Source: Polyangiaceae bacterium (GTDB lineage Bacteria > Myxococcota_A > Polyangia > Polyangiales > Polyangiaceae). From it: 33,860 bases of DNA. The notes under the pieces are model-generated. The model was not told where the DNA came from. It ran no database searches and saw only the letters and a program-made list of their open reading frames with translations. Of the stretch, positions 27,446-33,860 are shown piece after piece (within the stretch, counting starts at the first letter, position 1; every line of letters starts with the position of its first letter). Location of the stretch: assembly GCA_044222475.1 (NCBI GenBank), contig JBGANF010000090.1, positions 1 through 33,860 of the forward strand, read 5' to 3'. A program made the position numbers and the translations under genes.

Positions 27446-27474
27446 CGCACGATTTGCGCTGCGCAAACCGTGCG
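27446..27474. promoter_or_regulatory. 29-bp near-perfect palindrome between the divergent mgtA and metallophosphoesterase genes
   Basis: CGCACG-A-TTTGCGC-T-GCGCAAA-C-CGTGCG. Confidence 0.55.
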
Positions 27475-27581
27475 TGACCGGCCTTTGTCTCAGTGAAGCC
27501 CTCGAAATGCCCAAAAAAGGCCGAATTTCCGGAGATTGAGCAGGCTCGCGCTGGTTCTGGTAAGGTCCATCTTCCCCCCGA

Positions 27582-28322
27582 ATGCGGCTCGGCATCTTCA
27601 GTGACGTGCACGCGAACTATGAGGCGCTCAGCGCCGTCCTAGAGGCGTACCGATCCGACAAGATCGACGTCTACTACTGCCTCGGGGACACGGTCGGTTA
27701 CGGCGGCTCGCCGAACGAGTGCGCCGACATGGTCCGCGAGACCGCGAAGAAGACGATCCTCGGAAACCACGACGCCGCGGTCTCCGGGCGGATGGATTAT
27801 TCTTACTATTACGAGGCGGCGCGCCATGCGCTCGACGCGCACGCGGCATGCCTCTCGCCGGAGAACATGTCGTGGCTCAAGGGTCTGCCCTATCAAGAGA
27901 AGCTCGACGAGATCGACGTCCTCCTCTGCCACGGCTCCCCCGTTCGCCTCGAGGAGTTCGAGTACATCTTCGCGCCCGAGCAGGCGCGCGAGTGTCTCTC
28001 GATCTACGAGAAGCTCGGTCACCTCACGCTCATCGGACACTCGCACCTCTGCAAGGTCTTCGCGCTGACGCGCGGCGGAACCGTGGAAGAGCTGCCCTCG
28101 CAGACCTTCGAGCTCGAGGACGACAAGAAGTACATCGTCTCCGTCGGCAGCGTCGGCCAGCCGCGCGACTTCGACAACCGCGCGAGCTACACGATCTACG
28201 ACAGCTCGACCAAGACGTTCGAGTTCAAGCGCATCGAGTACGACATCGAGCTCGCGGCGGACAAGGTCCTGCGCGCACGGCTCGAGCGCAACTTCGCTCA
28301 TCGGCTCTTCATCGGCGTGTGA
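27582..28322 (+). CDS. Calcineurin-like metallophosphoesterase (YfcE/Metallophos_2 type)
   Basis: SDVHAN, LGDTVGYG, GNHD, CHGSP, GHSH, GSVGQPRD. Confidence 0.93.
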   Translation: MRLGIFSDVHANYEALSAVLEAYRSDKIDVYYCLGDTVGYGGSPNECADMVRETAKKTILGNHDAAVSGRMDYSYYYEAARHALDAHAACLSPENMSWLKGLPYQEKLDEIDVLLCHGSPVRLEEFEYIFAPEQARECLSIYEKLGHLTLIGHSHLCKVFALTRGGTVEELPSQTFELEDDKKYIVSVGSVGQPRDFDNRASYTIYDSSTKTFEFKRIEYDIELAADKVLRARLERNFAHRLFIGV

Positions 28323-28356
28323 GCGCTTCGCGCATGACGTCGGGTCAGCGGACGTG

Positions 28357-29328
28357 ATGGACGTTCGCGGCTTCTGGCGCATCGTGGACGCGTGCCGCCG
28401 CGCCGAGCACCCGCACGTCGCCCTGCACGACAAGCTCGCCCGCCTCGATCCGAGCGCCATCGCCGCGTTCGACGGGCACTTTTGCGACCGCGTGGACGAC
28501 GCGTTCACTTGGGACCTCTGGGGCGCGGCGTACATGATCGAGGGCGCGAGCACCGAGGACGAGTTCCTGGCGTTTCGGTACGGGCTCATCGCCCTCGGTC
28601 GATCGGCCTTCGAGCAGGCGGTGCAGAACCCGGACACGCTCGCCCGCGTCGACGTCGAGCCGAGCGAGGAGTACGGCGCGGTCGCCCTCGAGGTCTACCG
28701 CGACGCCACCGGACAGAAGCTCGCGCGGAGCTCGGCTCGGTCCGATCCTCACGGGCGCCGCTGGGACTTCGACGACGTCGCCGAGCGCCGCCAGCGGCTC
28801 CCGAAGCTCCAGCGCAAGCTCGCGATCGAGGCGTTCAACGAGCTGCACCTCGAGGCCTGGGAGAAGACCGAGCAGGACGATCGCGAGGGCGCCGACGAGC
28901 TCTACGCGCGCGCGCTGACGCTCCTCGCGCCCGACGATCGGCACGACGGGATCGCGCTCGTGCACGGCAACATGATGTCCAACGCCGAAGCTCTCGGCCG
29001 AATGGATGACGCGCGTTCGCATTTCGCGACGGCGCGACGCATGCGCGACCGCGTGCTCGACACCGAGCAGCGGGCGTTGCTCGACAACCAGCTCGCGTGG
29101 TTCGCGTACGAGCACGGTACGAAAGAGGAGTGCGAGGAGGCGGTCGCCTGGGCGCACGAAGCCGCGGCGAGGAGCTCGGAGCCGCTGCCGGTGATGGACA
29201 CCGAAGCGCGGCTCCTGATTCGACTCGGCCGCGAGGGAGCGGCGCGAGCGGTGGTGAAGAGGGCGCTCGCGATCGATCCCTACTTCGAGGCGCTGCAGGA
29301 TCTGAAAGCGCGCTGGAAGCTCGGCTGA
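28357..29328 (+). CDS. DUF4240 domain protein with C-terminal TPR-like repeats
   Basis: MDVRGFWRIVD...DLWGAAYMIEGASTEDEFLAFRYGLIALGRSAFEQAVQNPD; C-terminal LDNQLAW...MDTEARLL...ALAIDP. Confidence 0.75.
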   Translation: MDVRGFWRIVDACRRAEHPHVALHDKLARLDPSAIAAFDGHFCDRVDDAFTWDLWGAAYMIEGASTEDEFLAFRYGLIALGRSAFEQAVQNPDTLARVDVEPSEEYGAVALEVYRDATGQKLARSSARSDPHGRRWDFDDVAERRQRLPKLQRKLAIEAFNELHLEAWEKTEQDDREGADELYARALTLLAPDDRHDGIALVHGNMMSNAEALGRMDDARSHFATARRMRDRVLDTEQRALLDNQLAWFAYEHGTKEECEEAVAWAHEAAARSSEPLPVMDTEARLLIRLGREGAARAVVKRALAIDPYFEALQDLKARWKLG

Positions 29329-29359
29329 CCCGTGGCCAACCTGCGACGTCCTCGCAGAG

Positions 29360-29469
29360 AACCGCAAGGACGAGGAGACGCAAGGACGCAAGGAGAGCGA
29401 AGAGGGCTTGCACCAGGTGCACACCCCCCTGCCGAGTTTGATCCTTGGGGTCCTTGCGTCCTTGCGGTT
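29360..29469. repeat. Intergenic REP/MITE-like inverted-repeat element built from CGCAAGGA units
   Basis: 29360-29372 and 29457-29469 form a perfect 13-bp inverted repeat; 29379-29394 and 29451-29466 form a perfect 16-bp inverted repeat; central TGCACC-A-GGTGCA. Confidence 0.7.
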
Positions 29470-29548
29470 TTCTTCCCCAAAGGGACACACGATCGCAGCG
29501 AGATCTTGGGTGCAGATCGATCGTGCAGCGAGTGCGTAGACCGGTTCC

Positions 29549-30232
29549 ATGGGATCCGCTCGCGCGCTGCTCGCTCTGGTGCTGATCGGATGCTCCTCGG
29601 AGGAAGTGACCACCACCCCCAAGGTCGCCGCTCCCGTCGCTTCGGCATCCGTCGACCACGGGAGCGAGGTCGCCGCGCTGGTGGTCGCCGAGCCCGTCGC
29701 GACCGCACCTCAGGCCCCCGCGATCGTACCCGAGCTCCTCTCGCCCGCGCTCCGCAACGCCGCGCTCCACAGCCCGATGCCGGGCGGCTCGATCGGCGGC
29801 TGGTACGGCGACACCGGCGTCGACATCTCCGCCCGCTACCTGCCGGTGTACGCCATGGCCGACGGAACGCTCGACTACTCCGAGTGGGGTCACACCCTGT
29901 GGAAGGGCAAAGGCGACACGCCGTTCTCGGTGCGCATCCACCTCGACTCGCCGATCCCCTGGAAGGGCCGGAAGGTGACCCATGTATATTACACACACCT
30001 CTCCGCCGTCGTGACGAACCAGGCCGAGGGCGCGAAGATCAAGAAGCACGTCGTCGGAGGGGAGCAGATCGCGACGTCCGGCATCGGCAACGGCGTCCCG
30101 CACCTTCACCTCGGGCTCCTCCTCGACGATCAGGTCGAGCAAGACTCCTGGGAGTTCATCCTCCGCGAGGACGCGGTGCGCGCGGTGATGGGCGGCTACC
30201 GCAACGGTGAGACGCTCCCCGCGAAGCGCTGA
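29549..30232 (+). CDS. M23-family peptidase-like lipoprotein (variant DxxxD motif)
   Basis: Lipobox LIGC; DTGVDI...PVYAMADG...YYTHLS...GEQIA.SG...PHLH. Confidence 0.8.
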   Translation: MGSARALLALVLIGCSSEEVTTTPKVAAPVASASVDHGSEVAALVVAEPVATAPQAPAIVPELLSPALRNAALHSPMPGGSIGGWYGDTGVDISARYLPVYAMADGTLDYSEWGHTLWKGKGDTPFSVRIHLDSPIPWKGRKVTHVYYTHLSAVVTNQAEGAKIKKHVVGGEQIATSGIGNGVPHLHLGLLLDDQVEQDSWEFILREDAVRAVMGGYRNGETLPAKR

Positions 30233-30305
30233 GCGGTTGCCCACATCCACCCACTGATCCGCGAGGGGGCGTCATATGGGCCCCGCCCGAGCTTCACCGA
30301 TGGGC

Positions 30306-31133
30306 ATGAACCATCGCCTGACTGCTCTCGTGCTCGTCGTCCTCGTCGCCCTCGCTGCTGGCTGCAGCAAGGGCGAGGCCCCGCCCGGCTCCCGCGGCGG
30401 GGGCTCCACCACCGTCGCCGCCGATCCCGCCTCGAAGGTCGCCCCAGCGTCGGCGCGCGACCTCGCGGTCACCGTCGACCTCGCGGTCACCGTCGACGCC
30501 GTCGACGACGCAGTGACGACCGTCCGCAACGAGGTCGAGACCGAGGGTGGCTACCTGATGCAAGCCAACGTCGCCGGCGACGAAGGCGAGCGCAGCGCTC
30601 ACATGGAAGCGCGGATCCCGAAGGACCGCCTGTCCGCGTTCCGCCCGGTCGCGCGCGGGCTGGGCGACGTGACCTCCGACGTGGAGACCGTCGAGGACGT
30701 CACCGAAGCTCGCGCCGACGTCAAAGCGCGCCTCCACGCCGCGCGCATCGAAGAAGCGCGGCTCCTCGACCTGATGAAGGACCACACCGGGAAGCTCTCC
30801 GAGGTCCTCGAGAGCGAGAAGGAGCTCGCGCGCGTCCGCGAGACCATCGAGCGCATCGAGGCCGAGGAGCGCACGATGGACGGCCGCGTCACCTACGCGA
30901 CGGTACGCATCCAAGTGAGCCAGCGCACGACCCCGGTGTGGCACACGCCGGGCAAGAGCATCGTCCGAGCGGGCCGCGCTGGCGTCCACGCCGCGGCCGC
31001 GCTCCTCGTCGGCGCCGGCATGGCGCTCGCCGCGACCAGTCCCACTTTGGTACCGATCGCGCTCTTCGTCTGGGCGCTCGTCGCCGTCTACCGCCACCGC
31101 GCCCGCCGCCGACTCGAGCGCGCCGCGCGTTGA
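30306..31133 (+). CDS. DUF4349 domain lipoprotein with a C-terminal TM helix
   Basis: Lipobox AAGC; GGYL...RIP...EDVT...DV.ARL...EE.RLL...E.ELARVRE.IE...V.YATV; start uncertain (30276/30300/30306). Confidence 0.85.
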   Translation: MNHRLTALVLVVLVALAAGCSKGEAPPGSRGGGSTTVAADPASKVAPASARDLAVTVDLAVTVDAVDDAVTTVRNEVETEGGYLMQANVAGDEGERSAHMEARIPKDRLSAFRPVARGLGDVTSDVETVEDVTEARADVKARLHAARIEEARLLDLMKDHTGKLSEVLESEKELARVRETIERIEAEERTMDGRVTYATVRIQVSQRTTPVWHTPGKSIVRAGRAGVHAAAALLVGAGMALAATSPTLVPIALFVWALVAVYRHRARRRLERAAR

Positions 31134-31177
31134 ACGCGGTTGACCCTCCCCAGCCGGCGGTGCGACCGTCGGGCCAC

Positions 31178-31696
31178 ATGGCCGAGACGCACACGCTCGA
31201 AGCCGAGCTCCGGGCGGTGCACGCTCGGAGCTTCGGCTGGGCGCTCGCCTGCTCGGGGCGCGATCACGATCGCGCTGGCGACGTGCTTCAAGAGGCCTAC
31301 GCGAAGGTCCTCGATGGTCGCGCGCGGTGGGACGGTCGGTCCTCGTTCAAGACGTGGTTCTTCGGCGTCGTCCGCCTGACCGCGATCGAGCACCAGCGGT
31401 GGAGCCTGCGCGCGTGGCTCGGCATCACGAGCGACCGCAGCGAGACCGAGACCGCCGACGACGCACCGTCGCCGAGCTCGGCTCTCGATCGAAGCATTCG
31501 GGCGAAGGCGCTCTCCCGGGCGCTCGCCGAGCTGGCGCCGCGGCAACGCGAGGTGCTGCACCTCGCGTTCTACGAAGAGCTCACCCTCCGCGAGGCCGCC
31601 GAGATCATGGGCATCTCGATCGGCAGCGCGCGGCAGCACTACGAGCGCGGCAAGGCGCGACTCCTTCAGATCCTGGACGCACGAGGAATCCAATGA
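31178..31696 (+). CDS. ECF RNA polymerase sigma factor
   Basis: Region 2 AGDVLQEAY...SSFKTWFFGVVR; region 4 LAPRQREVLHL...LTLREAAEIMGISIGSARQHYERGK. Confidence 0.92.
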   Translation: MAETHTLEAELRAVHARSFGWALACSGRDHDRAGDVLQEAYAKVLDGRARWDGRSSFKTWFFGVVRLTAIEHQRWSLRAWLGITSDRSETETADDAPSPSSALDRSIRAKALSRALAELAPRQREVLHLAFYEELTLREAAEIMGISIGSARQHYERGKARLLQILDARGIQ

Positions 31697-32055
31697 CCGA
31701 ACCCCACGAACGAGAACCCGAACGCGACGAGCGCCTCGAGCGGCACTTCCGCGAGCTCCGCGAGCACGACGCGCGGCGCGCGCCGCCGTTCTCGCGCGAG
31801 AGACGACGACGCACCCGCTGGTTCTTCGCCGGATCGGCGGGCTTCGCGATGGCCGCGGCTGCCGCGGTCGCGGTGCTCGCGATCCGAAGCGTCGCGCCGC
31901 GCTCGACCCCTCCCCGTGGTCCCAAAGTGGTACCGACGGTCGTCGCTCTCAGGATCGACGAACCGCCGCTCGATTTCCTCCTCGACTCGCCTCAAGCCGA
32001 TTTCCTCGGCCAGACCCCTTCGTTCGACGCGCCGCCCCAGGAGCCAAGGCCATGA
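31693..32055 (+). CDS. Putative single-pass anti-sigma factor
   Basis: ATGA overlap with the sigma stop; short charged N-terminus, one TM segment, short periplasmic tail with DFLL. Confidence 0.65.
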   Translation: MTEPHEREPERDERLERHFRELREHDARRAPPFSRERRRRTRWFFAGSAGFAMAAAAAVAVLAIRSVAPRSTPPRGPKVVPTVVALRIDEPPLDFLLDSPQADFLGQTPSFDAPPQEPRP

Positions 32056-32600
32056 TCACTTCACGAAACCTCTTCGCCGTTCTCGCCCTCGCCCTGGGTC
32101 TCGCGACCGTCACCGCATGCGCGAAATCGGAGTCTCTCCCTGGCGACTCCGTCGACTCGGATGGCGCCGTCACCCTCTCGCCGCCGTCGCCTCAGATCGG
32201 TCCCCGCGAATCCAAAGCTGCAGACCCTCCAGGAGCGATCGAGAGCCGGCTCTTTCCCCCCGAGCTCATCATGGAGAACCAGGCCGCGATCGGCATCGAC
32301 GCGACGCAGCGTGATCTGCTGTTGAAAGAGATCGAGCGCGCTCAGACGGAGCTGCTCCACCTCCAGTGGGATCTGCAAGGCGAGAAGGAGAAGCTCGTCA
32401 AAGTGCTCGACTCCGACGTCGTCGACGAGAAGGCCGCGCTCGACGCAGCGAACCACGTCATGGAGCGCGAGAACGCCGTCAAGGCAGCCCACTTGAAGCT
32501 CCTCGTGCACCTCAAGAACATGCTGACTCCCGCTCAGCAGGCCAAGCTGCGATCCGTTCGCAGCGGACGGATCGAGGCTCGCGATGGAGGAACCCGGTGA
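32052..32600 (+). CDS. Spy/CpxP/ZraP-like periplasmic lipoprotein
   Basis: Lipobox VTAC; IGIDATQ and LTPAQQAKL (LTxxQ); coiled coil; ATGA overlap with the upstream gene. Confidence 0.8.
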   Translation: MITSRNLFAVLALALGLATVTACAKSESLPGDSVDSDGAVTLSPPSPQIGPRESKAADPPGAIESRLFPPELIMENQAAIGIDATQRDLLLKEIERAQTELLHLQWDLQGEKEKLVKVLDSDVVDEKAALDAANHVMERENAVKAAHLKLLVHLKNMLTPAQQAKLRSVRSGRIEARDGGTR

Positions 32601-32620
32601 ACGAAAGATCCACCGCGGCT

Positions 32621-32638
32621 CGTCGCGAGCTCGCGACG
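32621..32638. terminator. Perfect 18-bp palindrome between convergent genes, possible bidirectional terminator hairpin
   Basis: CGTCGCGAG-CTCGCGACG; no U-tract. Confidence 0.35.
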
Positions 32639-32648
32639 GCACTGCGCA

Positions 32649-33318
32649 CTAGGGCAGGTGAATCCGCATCGTGGAGTTGTGGCACGAGTTCGCGTTGCAG
32701 CTGCCGGTCGCGCCGGCGACCATCTTCGCGTCGTTGGGGCACTTGCTCGCGCGAACCTTGACCGGGAACGTGAAGGTCTGGGTCGTGTAGAAATTTCCGT
32801 TGGTGCTCGTGGCGAGGACGACCTTCTTGTTCGCCGCGTCGATGATCTCGATGTTGGCGCCGCTGATCGCGGTCGTGCCGTTCACCGTCGTGTAGAGCGT
32901 GCCCGCGACGGTCCAGCGAATGCAGTCGTGGCGCCTCGCGGTCGTGCCGTTCACCGTCGTAGAGCGTCTGCGACGGTCCAGCGAATGCTGGCGGAAAGCC
33001 CGTCGTGGCACGACATGCAGTCGTCGCCTGGGTGGTGTTTCCGCTGCTCGGTGGCGCAACGCCGTTGAGGCAGTTGCTCGCGTCGGGCACGGCCGCCGCC
33101 GCATCCTTCGGCGCCGCGGCGTCGGGCAACGCGATCGACGCGTCCCCGGCGGGCGCACCGCCATCCGCCTTCGCGACCGCCGCCCCGTCGGGCGTCACAC
33201 CCGACCCCGCGTCCGGTGGGTCTGCGTACCAATCGCCATCGATCGTGCCAGCGGGGTCGCCGGAGCACGCGAGAATCGCCGACGCCGCGAGGGCGAACCC
33301 GAGGTAGATGGGGCGCAT
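32649..33318 (-). pseudogene. Frame-disrupted c-type cytochrome lipoprotein (CxxCH plus Cx4CH, carboxypeptidase-regulatory-like domain); probably an assembly error in an intact gene
   Basis: Pieces lie in three frames: lipobox ILAC, HHPGDDCMSCH, and RWTVAGTLY...CNANSCH; adding 1 nt near 33039 and removing 32924-32988 restores a 201-aa ORF. Confidence 0.75.
32867..32988. repeat. Imperfect tandem duplication (57-nt and 53-nt copies, 69-nt period)
   Basis: TCGCGGTCGTGCCGTTCACCGTCGT...GCGACGGTCCAGCGAATGC at 32867-32923 and 32936-32988; the second copy carries small deletions. Confidence 0.9.
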
Positions 33319-33344
33319 CCCGGGTACCTTTGCAAGGGCGGTGC

Positions 33345-33860
33345 CTACTTGCAGAGGTAGTACGGCACGAATCCGCCGTCACTGGGCAGACAGGTCGTGC
33401 CGTTCGGGCAGGCCGGACCGTTGTTGGGAACGCACAAGCGCACGTTGGGCGAGTTGCACGTCGTGACGCACGAGGTGCTCGTCCCGAGCCCCCCGAACCC
33501 GGTGACGCAGCACACCTCGCCGGGCTTGCACGACAGCGCGTCGCACGAAACCACGTACTGACAGTTGCCAGCGTCCGACGAGCAGGTGAACGACTGGGGG
33601 AAGAGCTTGTGGCAGCACGTCGAGGTCAGCGGGCACGGAGATGCGCCGCACTGGATCGACGGAACCGCGTCAGGACCGACGTCGCGCGGACCGTCGGCGA
33701 CGGCGTCGACTCCCGCGTCGAGCGAGCTCGCAGCGTCGGCGTCGGAGCGCGCATCGACCGCGCCGTCGGGTGACGAGACGCCGAGCGTGGTCGAATCGGG
33801 GACCGACGCGTCGCTCGTCTCGTCGACGGCGACGGCAGACTCCGACGAGCGCGCACGACG
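33345..33860 (-). CDS. Partial (5'-truncated by the window edge) Cys-rich secreted protein with an Asp-Ala linker
   Basis: Frame is open from 33860: ...DASVPD...DAGVDAVADG...IQCGASPCPLTSTCCHK...SCKPGEVCCV...LCK. Confidence 0.7.
   Translation of the reverse strand, partial: RRARSSESAVAVDETSDASVPDSTTLGVSSPDGAVDARSDADAASSLDAGVDAVADGPRDVGPDAVPSIQCGASPCPLTSTCCHKLFPQSFTCSSDAGNCQYVVSCDALSCKPGEVCCVTGFGGLGTSTSCVTTCNSPNVRLCVPNNGPACPNGTTCLPSDGGFVPYYLCK

Noticed and set aside
27490..27570. 26-codon minus-strand ORF upstream of mgtA as a possible mgtL-like leader peptide
   Set aside because: Contains no Pro codons, unlike MgtL, and a -10 box lies just upstream of the mgtA start, arguing against a long leader
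1860..29622. Many long alternative-frame or antisense ORFs (e.g. 1860-3431, 5730-7832, 11068-12798, 14789-17209, 21113-23356, 25813-27477, 28345-29622)
   Set aside because: Arg/Ala/Pro-rich shadow ORFs expected in high-GC DNA; they overlap well-supported genes and carry no motifs
30237..31177. Possible ECF autoregulatory promoters (CGTC -10-like boxes at 30270 and 31167)
   Set aside because: No matching -35 element at consistent spacing; CGTC is very common in this DNA
32867..32988. Direct repeat considered as a CRISPR array or a DGR template/variable repeat pair
   Set aside because: Only two copies, differing by indels rather than adenine-specific substitutions; no cas or reverse transcriptase gene; best explained as a duplication or assembly artefact
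33345..33860. Three small overlapping ORFs suggesting a second frameshifted gene
   Set aside because: The 33345 frame is continuously open to the window edge, so this is one truncated gene
1..33860. tRNA, rRNA, prophage, IS elements or known defence systems
   Set aside because: No recognisable signatures by eye; tRNAscan-SE, Infernal and DefenseFinder were not run

Overview
High-GC (roughly 70% by eye) bacterial chromosome segment with about 30 densely packed CDSs. I found no rRNA, tRNA, CRISPR array, integrase or transposase. The gene content (Ser/Thr kinase with a TolB-like/TPR tail, many Cys-rich lipoproteins with Asp-Ala-Gly linkers, ECF sigma module, SMUG1, LMF1) suggests Myxococcota, probably Polyangiales; this is inference. 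Recognisable genes: acyl-CoA dehydrogenase with a divergent MarR regulator, NmrA-like protein, phosphoesterase, LMF1 homologue, SMUG1-type uracil glycosylase, SLT-TPR lytic transglycosylase, expansin, MgtA-type P-ATPase, metallophosphoesterase, M23-like protein, DUF4349 lipoprotein and an ECF sigma/anti-sigma/Spy-CpxP trio. The best candidate for an undescribed system is the translationally coupled operon at 71-1474: a CCA-enzyme-type HD domain, a stand-alone sigma-70 region 4 protein and a Pol-beta-superfamily nucleotidyltransferase. Other signals: TANNNT -10 boxes 6-9 nt before many start codons (leaderless mRNAs), a perfect operator over the MarR -10 box, a REP/MITE-like palindromic element, a recurrent D-[AG]-[GSA] linker in the lipoproteins, and a dihaem lipoprotein gene broken by a 65-nt duplication plus a 1-nt deletion, probably an assembly error. 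All family calls come from motif recognition by eye; no searches were run.
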